Shown one piece after another: positions 37,425 to 51,159 of a stretch of DNA of 64,000 nt; the stretch's first letter is position 1; each line of letters begins with the position of its first letter. The stretch covers positions 184,450,001 to 184,514,000 of the forward strand of contig OZ024742.1 in assembly GCA_964016885.1 (NCBI GenBank), given 5' to 3'. This stretch comes from Eledone cirrhosa. Taxonomy: Eukaryota. The notes under the pieces are model-generated. The model ran no database searches. It saw only the letters and a program-made list of their open reading frames with translations, and was not told where the DNA came from. Both the position numbers and the translations under genes were made by a program.

Positions 37425-38379
37425 ACTAGACATGAAAAATGCGCAAGCTCAAAAGTGCCACAGAATGTTATAATAAACCTTCAAAAGTGTGGGACTAGAG
37501 TTGTTGCTAAAAAATATTGTAATCATTATATATCGTACATTCTGTGGCATCCTTTATAAAAATAGCTTAAACCAACGAAGCCTTTATTTTTACGCTATTT
37601 CACTTAGTTAATTCTTAGAGTGTAACATATAAAAATAAATACATCTATGTTTAATGTAATAACAGCTATAAATAATTACGTAATATTATTATCATATACT
37701 CATAGTAACAAAATAATTGTGTTGAAAATTAATATGATGCTTATATGAACGATCAAATCTATAATGATAATTTCTTAAATATACTAATAGTAAAATAATT
37801 TAGTTATCTATTGTTACATTTTCATAGAACTATAATATTAACAATCGTATTGCATTATCAAATTTTTATCACTACAAACTTTCATATTGGAATTACCTTA
37901 AGCCACTTATTATTACTTCGCTTTCGTTCTTTTACAGCTGTAGATATTGCGCTGTATCTTATATCTAATATCAATATCTCATGGTAATTTGCATACAGTG
38001 TAAAATAGGTTTATTAATAACTTTAATATGAAATGTATTATACAGGGCTGCGGAGTCGGCCAAAAATTGACTGGCTCCAACTCAGGATCCGATACTCCAT
38101 TATTTCCTAAATTTCAGCTCCGCAGCTCTGTTATTATATTAATTAATTTATTTTATAGTTGTAAATCATATTTTTATATGTTACACTCTAAGAATTAACT
38201 AAGTGAAATAGCGTAAAAATAAAGGCTTCGTTGGTTTAAGCTATTTTTATAAAGGATGCCACAGAATGTACGATATATAATGATTACAATATTTTTTAGC
38301 AACAACTCTAGTCCCACACTTTTGAAGGTTTATTATAACATTCTGTGGCACTTTTGAGCTTGCGCATTTTTCATGTCTA

Positions 38380-38381
<2 letters not shown>
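37425..38381. repeat. Near-perfect 213 bp inverted repeat enclosing about 530 bp of AT-rich DNA
   Basis: Arms at 37425-37637 and 38169-38381. Each outer end reads CTAG-T and each arm holds a 12 bp internal inverted repeat, gccacagaatgt/acattctgtggc. Confidence 0.92.
38043..38130. mobile_element. 88 bp hAT-like MITE
   Basis: TIR cagggctgcggag/ctccgcagctctg with TSD gtattata/ttattata. Confidence 0.7.
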
Positions 38382-38432
<51 letters not shown>

Positions 38433-38729
38433 GGAAAAATTTGAACAGAAACAAAACAGAGAGGCAGTACAACGAATGTTTATTAATTTCACGCTCTGGA
38501 GAGTGGGGTGGTGGTTATATATATATATATAAAGAGAGAGAGAGAGTGAGGGGGGGGGGGGGTTATAATATATAGAGAGGGAGTGATGACATCGTAATAT
38601 TGCAAACAAAGCCGCCAATTCCAGGTAATATAGTGTTTATGCTTTTAGTTGTGGCTAATTATGTCAGGTACATGCTGACTCATATGTCCATATTTGAAAT
38701 AGATAAGTTTCCTAACACCAACCACCTTA

Positions 38730-38811
<82 letters not shown>

Positions 38812-38817
<6 letters not shown>

Positions 38818-39906
38818 GACAGGGGGGAAGAAAAAATGGCTTCACTTGTGCTTTCAACAAATTTATTTTCTTCACAAAATCCCAAAAGAATTTTTCTTAA
38901 AAAAAATTATTTTATAAATTAAGTTGTTGGTTGTTGGTTAGGTCTTAGGAGTTCTTGGTTAACGTAGGAGGTATTGTTTCGTTTTTAGAAAGACCTTTCA
39001 CGCTGAGGTGCGCTTGTCAAACTGATGTGTATGTGGTGTGTTGTTCTATATATAGGGATTTAACATGTCTGTGGTGTGGTGGGGTTTCTTTTCTCCCCTT
39101 TAATAAGTGCATGGGTGTAGGTGTGTTGAAAAAGTGTTCATAGCAGTAATGAGTTGAGACGGTGAGTAGGGTTGGGTGGGGAGAAACTTAGCAAGTGCGG
39201 CCTGCCCCGGTCATATGTGTCTCTATATGTTTTTGTGTATGTATTTGTACAGGGGTGTGTGATTGATGGTGTGTGCCTATATATTCCTACATATGCCCGT
39301 GTGTGTATGTACATATATGCACACATATATATGTGTGTGTTGAACAAAGGACTAACTTTGGGATGGACGTAGAAAGATTCTTCAGGAAAAAAAGAAAAAA
39401 ATAATTATTCACAAGCTTGACAGGTGCGATTTGCCTGTGACCATTCTCAACACAAAAGCGATGCTAAAAGCTTTTTCCCCTGAATAAAGGAATTTTTCGA
39501 GAATGTCCGGGGCAGGCCGCACTTGCTAAGTTTCTCCCCACCCAACCCTACTCACCGTCTCAACTCATTACTGCTATGAACACTTTTTCAACACACCTAC
39601 ACCCATGCACTTATTAAAGGGGGAGAAAAGAAACCCCTACCACACCACAGACATGTTAAATCCCTATATATAGAACAACACACCACATACACATCAGTTT
39701 GACAAGCGCACCTCAGCGTGAAAGGTCTTTCTAAAAACGAAACAATACCTCCTACGTTAATCAAGAACTCCTAAGACCTAACCAACAACAAACAACTTAA
39801 TTTGAAAATAATTTTTTTTAAGAAAAATTCTTTTTGGATTTTGTGAAGAAAATAAATTTGTTGAAAGCACAAGTGAAGCCATTTTTTCTTCCCCCCTGTC
39901 TTAATA
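38812..39906. repeat. ~400 bp inverted repeat with ~296 bp spacer
   Basis: Arms at 38812-39210 and 39507-39906 differ by a few substitutions. Confidence 0.93.
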
Positions 39907-39944
39907 TACCTAACTGTACCAAGGATTACACACATTTTCCAATA

Positions 39945-39984
<40 letters not shown>

Positions 39985-40029
39985 GGAGAGAGAGGGAGTG
40001 ATGACATCGTAATATTGCAAACAAAGCCA

Positions 40030-41998
40030 CCAATACCAGACGAGGGGTTTGCTACCGCGGAACGGGAAGATGGTCATGCCATCTGGCCTTTTGCCGTCCC
40101 CTCGATCCAGCCCCACCGGCTCGAGCTGGGAAGGGAAGCCTGCAGCGTCCAAGCCATGCTTAATGACCTCGTTGAGGGCAGCATGGTGTAGAATGCGGCC
40201 GGCACTGTGGAGACAGGAAAGTGGGTGGAGGCCGAAAGAGTCCACGGTGGAACCGCAGCAACATTGGTGTGGCTGGCAGATCCGGAGGCCAAGCCCCAGG
40301 GAAATGCCGATTCACAGGCTATGGTTGTCTAGCTGCGTTCCAGTGGAGAAGGAGGGCAGGGCATGGAGCCAGGCACCACTGTGGGGTTTGGAGGCCGAAC
40401 GAAAACAAGCAAGGCGGTGCTGGTCGAGCTGGTCGAGCTGGTCGAGCTGGCGCGTGAGCCTGTCTGAGGCCAGGCTGCACTGGATGGCATCCCAAGTGTG
40501 TTGGGGGGACTTGACGTCAACAGGGGGAGAAGGAGGAGGGACGTTTACTGGGCTAAGTCCCAGCCGGTCCCATGTCCCACAGGCGGCCTCAAGTTCTCTA
40601 TACATAGAGGGTTCTGTTGTGTTTTGAAGAACCCTGCTGACAAGACGCGGCACGAGGTTACCGACGAAAGATAAGCCGGCAAAGCTAGTGAGATCGCGGA
40701 CCGGAGGCCAAGGCCGCCATACCTGACCGGTAAAGTGGCCTATTGCCACCCTATGTCGTCAAACTTGACGTTGCATATCCCCTTGGCTGCTGCTCGGATA
40801 CAAGTATCGAGGTCAGCGAGGAGAGATGTCTGGGTGTAGCATGGAGTGCTGCGGAGTGTATAGAGGAGCTTCGGCATGGCGAAGCAGTTCCTCAGCAGAA
40901 AGAGAGCTGGGTGGCCATCAATCAAGCCCAGTCGGCTCGTGAGAGTCTGGAGCTGTTGAAGCCTGTACTTGATGGTGGAGTGGATCGCCGGCGGGTGGAT
41001 CGGTGACCCGAGAATGAGTACATCCCTTTTGGGGGTCACCTGAACCTGGCGGAGAATGGACCGCACGTCCAAGACGGAGGATGCAAAGCTCGCAGCATCA
41101 AGGTTGACGTTCACCACCTCCGACTTGGCCAAGTTGACCTGGAGGCCGATTCCCGCCAGGGCAGGAATCACCGATTGAAGGTCTTGGCAGATCATCCGTA
41201 CGGGCCCGCCCAACGTAGCATCATCCAGATACCAAACATTGAGAGGGGCCGTGATACTCCGGGCGATGTCGTCAATACCAAGGGCGAACAGGAGGGTCCC
41301 AAAGGGTCGCCCTGTTAGACCCCAGTAGCCGAGGGTATGACCTTATCAGCAGCTAGGAGCATGCTCAGGGCTCCATATGACAGGTAGGCCAGCGGGTAGT
41401 CAGAGGGGGCTCGGCTGAGGCAAGCATCGAGCAGATGATCCCGGCGTAAAGAGTTAAAGGCATTCTTCATGTCCAGCTTGACAATGAGGTGCCTGGAGTC
41501 CCTGGATGCCGGTACCGATGGGCAGCTGCTGAAGAACTGCCTGATTGCATGAGCGGCTCCCTCACAGTCACCGGACACGCCTACGCCCAGTTGCACCGGA
41601 CTAAACTCCTCACCCAGTTCGTGTGTGACGGACTTGCAGATCACCTTGGCAGCCAGCCTCCGGAATGGGACGTATGCCACCCTCTTTCTTCCTGAGAGCG
41701 GTGAGAATGACTGAAAAAAAGAGGCCTCGGGCGTAAGGGCCGAGGGCACCATGAATGAGCCTATTGGTGAGGGCCACAATTACAGTCAGAAGGCGGCGCC
41801 TGGCCTCAGCGGAGAGGAGGGATGTCAACTCCTTGAGGTGGCCTGGTTGGAGACCATCAACACCTCCGCAGCTGCTAGCTGGGAAGGACCTGATGGCAGA
41901 CATGATATCTGCATCAGTAGCCACAAGGAGCAGGTGGGGGTTGGGTGGGGGTATGGTTCTGAGATCAGTGGGTGGCAGAGCAGCCAGGACCTCCTGTT
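40030..41998 (-). mobile_element. CRE-like non-LTR retrotransposon (RT + restriction-like endonuclease), decayed
   Basis: KLDMKNAFNSLRR, TGV-QGDPLGPLLFAL, WYLDD, ILGSPI, a CCHC knuckle ([16 protein letters not shown]) and KRPDG. GC-rich. Confidence 0.88.
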
Positions 41999-42096
41999 TA
42001 AATTAATAACATTGTATATAAAGGATTAATTTATTTACTCAAAGGATGTATCTAATTTATCATGCAAACAGCTATATGTTATTCCATATCTTACCA

Positions 42097-42322
42097 AATA
42101 TTGGGTAGACAACAATCTAATGAAACCTTTGATATATTATGAGAGAGTAGATTGTATTTGAAATTAAATATAATTATATAACATTTTGTGGCACTATATA
42201 ATATTGGGTAGACAACAATCTAATGAAACCTTTAGTATATTATGAGAGAATAGACTGTATTTAAAATTAAATATAAATACATAACTTTTTTATATAAGGG
42301 ATTCAATTGAGGCACTATATAA
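42097..42322. repeat. Two-copy direct repeat of about 104 bp
   Basis: aatattgggtagacaacaatctaatgaaacc... at 42097 and about 42200. Confidence 0.8.
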
Positions 42323-43003
42323 TGTCTATTAGAGCAAGGAATTTAATTATTATAATGAGCTAGTTACCTCCCCTTACGCATTAGTTCCCCTTAATTCCAT
42401 ATCCACTTCCGGATATTAAACCGCTGAAAATTCTCACAGTAGAACAACTCTAATCCATAAATATGGATAAAATAACACCAAGTTACAATCCATTACTATA
42501 ACAAACATTCAATACAGATATAACTTAACATATGTAATGGATGTGAAATCTGTAACTTTCATATTCTACACACATACAAATTTGAACTATACAGAAAATA
42601 TCATCGCATTGCACCCACCATAATACATTAACATATTCGCTTATAGTGCTTGTATTTCATGTAATACCTTGCCATACAGTACTCATATATACATGATATA
42701 TTTGCTTGTTCCATTCCTTTATATATGACTAACGCATGTACTATCTCTTTAATTTAATTATTAGACTATTCTCTTGTATTATCTGTCGCATGTATTCCAC
42801 CCTTTGCTTTTAATTTTAATTATAATTTTTAATTTTTAAATTTAATTTTAATCTTAATTTGAATTATTGTACAATTCTCGTATAATATATGTCGCATCCA
42901 TTCCACACTGTAAACATGAAGCTGTTGTCCACAACATCAATATATATGTATCTGTAAGATTCTTCAGTTGAATAGGAGGTTAATAATATGTACAAACATT
43001 GAT

Positions 43004-43055
43004 AATGCTCCGAGGACTCCAAGCTTAAGTTTGGAAGAAACAATTGTCAGCGATT
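43004..43055 (+). ncRNA. Hammerhead ribozyme, core mutated to CCGAGGA
   Basis: aatgct-CCGAGGA-ctccaagc ttaa gtttggaa-GAAA-caattg-TC-agcgatt. Confidence 0.65.
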
Positions 43056-43320
43056 AAATGTTTTAAACATAACTTTGATACTTGTGTAATCTATATTACT
43101 GCTCTGTAAAACAACTGATGTTCTTACATTGAGGTATTTCTTTTACTGGTAATAAGGTAGTAATAAATTACTCACCTTCCCTGTTTATAGTTGTTTATAG
43201 TTTAGTATATACATAACTATAAATAGTATCTTTAATATCATATATATATATATATGTATATGTATATATATGTATATGTATATATATATATATGTATGGA
43301 TATATATATATGTATATATA

Positions 43321-44233
43321 TGTAGCGAAATCTGTCCGCGCCTTGAACCTTGGGTGATACCTAAAGGTCAAATTCTAGGTCAACACCCTTTTGGTGTAGA
43401 CAGGTTGATGTGTTGACTATCCCTTCAAGGTGGGAGACAGGAAGTGACAGCTATATATAGATCCTGTACCATCCTACTTTAGCTAAATACATCGGAGCAT
43501 TACGCCTATAACAAACTATGTAAGGATTGACTGCTATCAATAGACCCCAGTGGTCTACAGCCAGAAACATCGGAGCATTACGCTAGCAACTAACTATGTA
43601 AGGATTTACTGCTATCAACAGACCCCAGTGGTCTACAGAAATAGAGACATCGGAGCACCCCACTACAGAACTAGCTATGTGAAAGATTCACCACTATCAA
43701 CAGACCCCATGAGGTCTACAGATACACACAGAGAGATTGGAGCCCTACTATTACAGACCATGTACAAGCCACAGTGGTTTACAACCAATTACAGACCATT
43801 CAGAGTTATACAAATCATTACTCTCTCTTACTCACTAGGGTCTCAGAATTACTACCACGGACTCCAAATAACAACAACAACATTATCTGTTCGCTCGCTG
43901 TTTTCCCATCTACAACAATAACAAAATTAACAACTCTTGGTAACTGTTTTATATGAACTTTTTAATTGATTCACGTGAAGTATACTATATATAACCAAAT
44001 CATTTATTCTTTATATTCTCGTTATTATTATTCATGTTTATTATTACGATCTGAGTTCAAATCCCGCCGAAGTTGACTTTGCCTTTCATCCTTACGGGGT
44101 CGATAAAATAAAGTACTAGTAATGCACTGGGTAATTGGTGGTCTTGTGCCTAAAGTAGAAACAATTATTATTATTCATGTTATTTCCTCTAACAACTTTG
44201 TTATTATCATATCATTTCTAATAACTACTTATA
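43321..44233 (+). mobile_element. Solo-LTR-like element with ~79 bp internal tandem repeats
   Basis: Starts TGTAG, has a TATA-like motif near 43452 and 3-4 subrepeats at 43490-43790. Homolog at 2990. Confidence 0.6.
44039..44164 (+). mobile_element. 5'-truncated SINE with 17 bp TSD
   Basis: TSD ttattattattcatgtt at 44022-44038 and 44165-44181. Confidence 0.85.
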
Positions 44234-47200
44234 ATGTACGCAAGATGCAATGGCCTATGTCAAAAAATTTGGTCGGCTAGATCTCTTCATTACATTTACA
44301 TGCAATTCAAACTGGTCAGAAATATTAAATGAATTATTTCAAAATCAAAAACCAAAGGATCGACATGATCTCATTGCTCGGGTTTTCCATGAAAAGCAAA
44401 AAAACTCATCTGGCTCCTAAAAGAAGGAAGAATCTTTGGTGAGCTTAGTGCTTGGATGACCACCATTGAGTGGCAGAAGAGAGGTCTTCCTCACTATCAC
44501 TAATCTGGTGCAAGGAGAAGATAAGACCAGATGATGTTGATAAGATCATTTCAGCAGAGTTGCCTGATAAAGGTGGTGATCCAGAGCTCTTTGAAACTAT
44601 CAAGTCCAAACTCATTCATGGTCCATGTGGAGTCATCAATCCAGCCTCTCCCTGCATGAAAGATCAACAATGCAGCAAACATTATCCTAGAGCTTTTATT
44701 CGGGAAACTCGGATTGACAATAATGAATACCCCCTTTATCGTAGCCGTAGACCAGAACATGGAGGCAATACTGCAAGCCTAACAGTTTGAGGAGAGGAGC
44801 TGACCATAAACAATCAGTGGGTCATCCCACACAACAAATTGTTGTGTAAACTTTTAAAAGCTCATAACAATGTTGAGTATTGCAGCTCCATCAAGGCAAT
44901 CCTATATGTCACAAAATATATCAACAAGGGCAGTGACATGGCTAGCTTTATTACTGACAAAGAACTCAATGATGGTGAGCTGGATGAGGTCAAACGGTAT
45001 CAAACAGGTCGATACATCTCCAGCAATGAAGCTATCTGGCGAATCTTTGGATTTGATATCCACCAATGCCACCCAACAGTGGTCAACCTCTCAGTCCATC
45101 TGGAAAATGGACAGAGAGTGTACTTCACTGAGATCACTGCTCATCAGTTGGCACAAGCATCACATGACACTACACTAACTGCTTATTTTAAACTCTACCA
45201 GAATGATGAATTTGCTCGATCCCTCCTATATGCTGAAGTCCCAACATACTACACCTGGACCAATTGTAAGACCTGGAATCGAAGAAACCAGGGTCATTTA
45301 GTGGAAGGTCATGAAGTGAAGTGATGCTATTGGGCGTGTTTACAATGTCCATCCCAACAACAGAGAATGTTTTTATTTACAGCTACTTCTGCATACTGTT
45401 CGAGGACCAACGTCATTTGAGGATCTTAGATGCTTCAGAGGAAGGGAGTGCACAACATACCAAGAAGCATGTAAACAGCATGGACTCCTGCATGACAATG
45501 GACACTGGAAGAAGTGCCTAGAAGAAGCAGCAATCACTCAAGTAGCCAGTCAAATAAGACAATTATTTGCTATTATGCTCACAGCATGTGGAATTGATGA
45601 AGCTCATCTACTCTGGCAGGAGGACAAACACAATATGTCGGACGACTATCTACACCTAGCCCGAAGACATCATGGCAATATGTATATGGAATATACCCCC
45701 AGGATTTACAATCAAGCTCTCTGTGACCTGTCCATCGAGTTCAGGCAATGAATAGCACATTAGCTAACTGCGGGATGCCAGAGCCAGATGAAGAAATGGA
45801 GGTAGCACAATACATTTTTCAGGAGACAAAGTACGATATTCAAGCATTGCGTAAGTTTGTGGATGAAAATGAACCTCGATTGATGGATGACCAGAAATAC
45901 GCCTACCACAACATCATCGAAAACATTCCAAATGACAGGGGAGGACTTTTCTTCATCGATGCTCCTGCTGGCACAGGCATAAACCTCCTGCTTGCAAAAG
46001 TTCGCCAAAAGCAACATATTGCCCTTGCTGTGGCTTCAAGTGGCATGCAGCAACACTTTTGTGATGGAGGAAGAACTGCACACACCATGTTTAAGCTGCC
46101 CATAGATCTCACACGGCATGAACAATCTTTTTGCAACATCAAGAAGAACTCACCCAAGGGCAAGCTTCTGCAAACATGCAAGATGATAATTTGGGATGAA
46201 GCTACTATGAGCCATAAAGGAGCAATTGAAGCTTTGGACTGGACAATAAGGGATCTGAAAGGAAATAGTTGCATAATGGGAGGAGTGACAATGGTTCTTG
46301 CTGGTGATTTCAGACAAACTCTGCCTGTAATTCTTCGAGGGACTCGAGCTGATCAGGTCAATGCCTGTCTGAAAACATCCTATCTCTGGCCCCACTTTCA
46401 GCTGCTGAGCCTTACAACCAACATGCGAGTGCACTTAACTGGTGACGAAGGTGTTAGTGAGTTTGCCATCCAACTACTTAAATTGGGAAATGGACTTCTT
46501 GAAAAGGACTCCAATGACCATATTCAGTTGTCATTTGGCCATATCATTGACACAGAACAAGAACTGATTGCCAGTGTTTCCAAATATTCAGACCAGGCAA
46601 TGTGATCCAAAATGGCTCTGTGAACAAGCAATCTTAGCACCTAAAAATGTTGCTGTGAAACAAATCAACATAAGGCTGCTGGAGATGTTACCAGGAGAGA
46701 AAATATGCTACAAATCAGTTGACACAATCACTTCTCAAGACCAGGTTGTAAACTATCCAACTGAATTTTTGAACAGTCTTGAACGAGCGGGAATTCCTCC
46801 ACACAACTTGATACTGAAGCTTGGAGCATCGGTTATGCTACTTCACAATCTGGATCCTCCAAAACTTTGTAATGGCACAAGACTCATCATCAAAAATATG
46901 ATGTCCAATGTTCTAGAAGATGCAATCAGGTCAGGAAAATTTGCTGGTGACAATTGTTTCATTCCCAGAATACCTCTGAAGCCAACTGATTTGCCATTTG
47001 AATTTCAAAGACTTCAATTCCAATCAGGCTCAGTTTTGCCATGACCATTAATAAATCTCAAGGGCAATCATTGAAAGTCGGGTTGAATTTGGTAGATCCT
47101 GTCTTTTCACATGATCAACTCTATGTTGGCACAACAAGGATTGGGAACCCTGGTTGTCTCTTCATTGTGGCACTACAGGGCAAAACCAAGAATCTTGTTT

Positions 47201-48165
47201 ATCCAGAGGCTTTGGAATGAGCAATGTCGTAATTCCTCATTCAATGACAATACACACAGATCCTAATTCCTTAGTCATGTAGTTTGCAAGGAATTCTGAA
47301 GCCGCAAATTTACTGCATGGTGTTACTTTGGAAGAATATGCAGACATTCCCGGGTACCTCTGCTATATAAAGTAGTATAAATGAGGACTTTGTTGATTAG
47401 AAATAGCAGCCAAATTTTCGTCAAATCCCACCTTACTTTCTCAGGTATGTATGAAGCAAAAAGGAATGGTTCTATGTGATAACTCGATCTACTAGAAATA
47501 TTAGCAAAATCCATTTTAAATCACAAACAACTGTCTTACACACATACATGTGTGTGTATGTATCTATGTATGTCATGTTAGCCACTATAACTGTTGATAT
47601 AGCTAATAGAAATAGAAAACAAATCTCCCTCAAACAAGATCCTACTGCCATAGAGGCAAATATTGGTGAAAGCTACAGTGTACAAATTTAAATTCACTTT
47701 CCCCGAATTACAGAAATGAGTAAGTAAATGCTTCATTCAATCATAAACCAATGCTAAATTTATTTTCTTATTTTAAAATAGTCTTTACATGTTGTTTGAA
47801 TTTCAGAGGTTCAAATTGAGCAGAAAAAAAAGAAGAAGAAAGAAAAGGATAAATAAAAAAAATCTAAATGTATTTTTTTGGTCATGCCCTTTTCACTGAC
47901 AATATACCTAATGATTCATCTATGAGTAAAGCATTATATATGCTGACTGTAATAGGGAGCAGTATTCAAAAAATCACCACTGGAAAAAAATAATATTTTT
48001 ATCTAGATGATTTACTTTGACCAAACGGCAATAAATATTCTGCTATAATTCCTACTTTGGTTAAAATTCAGCAATCATATTTGAATGGTCAAATATTTTG
48101 TAATGTGTGCCAAATATATTGTAACTTTCATAAAATACCCGGGTATCACTGGGTAGCTCAGCTAG
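44234..48165 (+). mobile_element. Helitron (Rep + PIF1-like helicase), 5'-truncated and frameshifted
   Basis: QDAMAYV..DLFITFTCN, EWQKRGLPH-H, YVTKYINKG, IDAPAGTG, IIWDEATM, GDFRQTLPV, LCNGTRL and AMTINKSQGQ. 3' hairpin at 48138-48153 followed by CTAG-t. Confidence 0.95.
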
Positions 48166-48186
48166 TATAGATATAAACACATATAT

Positions 48187-48240
48187 ATAGTCTAACAAAG
48201 TTCTTTCGTTGCACATCTGCAACATCATCAGTGGTACTAT
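48187..48240 (-). ncRNA. Hammerhead ribozyme in the PLE pseudo-LTR
   Basis: atagt-ac-ca-CTGATGA-tgttgca gatg tgcaac-GAAA-gaac-TT-tg-ttag-actat. Confidence 0.65.
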
Positions 48241-49625
48241 TATGTTCCTCCTGTTGTATTGTATGTCTACGCCATTTTTATTTTATCTGTTTATTTATTT
48301 ATTTATTTTTGTCTTCTTCTCTGCGCGTGTGTGTATAGTGTTTGGTGTGTGTTCGTGTTTGGGTGACTGTGTATTGGTTATTGTATTCTATCTTAGTTTA
48401 CTAGAGGGTGTTTATATGTATTTGTTGTTATTGTGTATATATTTATTTATTTATTTATATTTCTCTTAGGTCAGTATTGTTTGTTTGGGTATTGTTGTTA
48501 TTCATTCTTTCTGTTTAGCCTTGGCCTTCTAAGTTCTATTTCGCTGGCCTCTCTGATTTGCCTATCTGCTGAGTCATTTCTATGTTTAGATATTATTCTA
48601 ATTTCTATGTTGTCTATGTTACCGTCATGTTGTTGTCTGGCGTGTTTGTATAGTAGGGACCGTTTTTTCATCCTTTTAAATCACCCCAGTGTTGGTCTAT
48701 CCTTTCTCCTATGCTTCGGGCTGTCTCACCTATGTATGTTGTTGTCATGTTTCTGCAAGAACCCTCTGTACATCTTATGCTATAGACTACATTTCTAGTT
48801 TTACAGTTTATCTGGGGGTTTACATTACATATAACACATTTCCTATTAGTACATGGGTTTTCTTAAAAGGGTATGTTCTGCTGATCAGGGATTTTATGGT
48901 AGTTCCTGGCTTTTCCACCACTTTAATCTTTAAGTGGATCTTTCTCAGGGCCTTTCTACACTGGTTAGCTAATTTCCCTCCAGGGGTAGCGTCCATGAAC
49001 ATGACACTCTGGTATCTCTGGTTATCATACCATGAGTGGCTTTCCCTATCTTATGTTTAGTCCTATCTAAGCTATTCCATGATTTGTTCCTGTATAATGG
49101 GCAAATTCCTTTCATGTCCAGTTCTATGAGGGTCTTATACTTCTCCATGGTTCCTTTGTATACTCTGATTCTGTCTCTTTGGTTGTAGCCAGAGAACTGC
49201 ATGAGGTTGATGAAGTGTTGGATGTGTCTTTCCATTTCTGTTGGGTCGCACATGCGGGACACATTCTTCATCACTCGTACCAAGTCTACGATCAGAATAT
49301 TAAACTTAGCACTACTGGACATTGCTGAGTTTTTGAGTATCAGGTATTTGGAGGCCATGGGTAGTGTGAGTGGAGAATTTGGTCCCACTCGTCTAATAGT
49401 GTTAATCCAGAGTTCCGTATCTAATGCAGGTAGTCTATTGTTAGGGTGTTTGGAAGGGTAGTCAATAGTTACAGTTATACTCTGGTGTATGGAGTTAGCT
49501 ATCTGCTGGATGCTTTCCATTGTGCTACATTCTAAATCATATTTGTTAGTACTCTCTTGTGGGGGTGTCCTTATTACTATATTAATATCGTTTATGTAGA
49601 TGTACAATACAACGGGGGGAGCATA

Positions 49626-49679
49626 ATAGTACCACTGATGATGTTGCAGATGTGCAACGAAAGAACTTTGTTAGACTGT
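49626..49679 (+). ncRNA. Hammerhead ribozyme in the inverted PLE pseudo-LTR
   Basis: Same motif as 48187-48240 on the opposite strand. Confidence 0.65.
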
Positions 49680-50194
49680 ATGTATGTGTTTATATCTATA
49701 TTATATCTGTATTTTTTACCGTTGGTCAGTCAATAATAAACATTGAGGACCGAATGAATTAACTATGGAGATATAAAAGATACAGAAGCGAAAACCAACC
49801 AAACAGTGAGTGTGTTCTGTTATTATTTCTGGCAATATTATTACAACAATATTACCCTCCCCAAGTATAACAATATATATCATCATCATCTTCATTTAAC
49901 GTCCATCTTCCACACTAGCATGGGTTAGACGGCAGTTGTCCCACTTGAGGCAAGGTTGGTCGGGTGACCATGTCTCACTCATATAGGACTATCTGGCAGG
50001 TTTTCTACAAAATTTATTTTACCCAACGTCTGCAGGCCCAGATGAGGGTTTAAACACAACAAATAACAAGTTACTTAAACAGACCTACCGCTGCTCGTAA
50101 TAAATTCCAACAAAATGCAGGAGCGAAACAAAAACACGTCTATTTTTTCCGAGATAGATAGATAGATAGATAGATGCATATATATACATATATG

Positions 50195-50495
50195 TGGTCC
50201 ACTTGGGGTAGAATCTCTTTCTCCCATGCATTCTCCTCATTGATCGTTCTATTTTGCTGTGAAGCAGCACCTTATCATACTTTAAAATATGGAACAACTA
50301 CATATTGCAAAGTCCGCAGTGGGACATTCCGTTGTTGTAGGCCCTTTCTCCCGATAATTTCGACCAGCTAATCCCATATTCTTGGTTTGTGTCCTTAAGC
50401 TGCCAGATTTTATTGGCCAGCGTTGTTGAGTTCTCTAGTTTACAGTTCTTCATAAAGTTGTCTGTGAATGTACCATCTTTTTTTAAATTCCCCAA
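50195..50495 (-). pseudogene. Penelope-like GIY-YIG C-terminal fragment
   Basis: NSTTLANKIWQLKDTNQEYGISWS..AYNNGMSHCGLC, the same pattern as 1-190. Confidence 0.75.
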
Positions 50496-50977
50496 CCGTG
50501 GAACCTATGTAGTGCCATGTTAAGTTGCCCAAATTTATAGTACACAGGTACACCATTCTTGATTCCAGGCATCTATTTTGTAGTGCCCACTTATCCTGCA
50601 AGTGGCAGTTACAGTCTCATCCTCGTATCTTTTCCCCTCACTTAATTTTTAATTTATTATCTTTTATCTTTTATCTGTCATTTGTTACTATTTTTATTTC
50701 CTACTCTAACCCTCTGAGATTTGACCACCACCTATATATGTATGTATTTGATGTTGCTTTTCATGTTAGTATTATCTTTACACATACACTTACTCACTAT
50801 CACCACTATTATCAACAATCGTATTCTGTACTTATTATTTTTGTACTTATTTTTTACATCTGTACCATCTTCCCTCTATCTTCTTTACTCCTTTATCATT
50901 ATCTTTTATTATTGATGTTATTGTTTTGATTCTCCGTTGTATCTCTATATATACTAATGCCATATGTAAAAACTCTA

Positions 50978-51088
50978 GTATTCTGATGATTTGATCAGAA
51001 GTAAATACTGTATTTAAGGTCGAGTGAGACAACTTTGAGTGATTAGTGGCCTTTAGAATCACCTGGTCAATGAAACAATTATTAATAC
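50978..51088 (+). ncRNA. Hammerhead ribozyme with extended stem II
   Basis: gtatt-CTGATGA-tttgatcag..ctggtcaat-GAAA-caatta-TT-aatac. Confidence 0.7.
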
Positions 51089-51159
51089 CTGAAATATAAC
51101 CCTTTTTGTACAGCCGACCATGTTATTCTTCAATCTTTCACTATTATTACTCCAAGAAT

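Larger units (their letters stand above)
48166..49700 (-). mobile_element. 5'-truncated Penelope-like element with inverted pseudo-LTR
   Basis: RT C-terminus (YIND, RLPALDTELW), a linker and GIY-YIG NVVYSIRC..TYIGETARSIGERIDQH..RQIREA..LN. Inverted repeats of 105 bp at 48166-48270 and 49596-49700. Confidence 0.88.

Noticed and set aside
39710-39755. gtgaaag..GAAAcaatac as an HHR in the 38.8-39.9 kb palindrome
   Set aside because: No CUGANGA box and no convincing stems.
40049-41006. Plus-strand GC-rich ORFs of 87-192 aa
   Set aside because: They are antisense shadows of the CRE-like element on the minus strand.
43490-43790. 79 bp periodic repeats as a repeat-spacer array
   Set aside because: Whole units are homologous. 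They are subrepeats within an LTR-like element.
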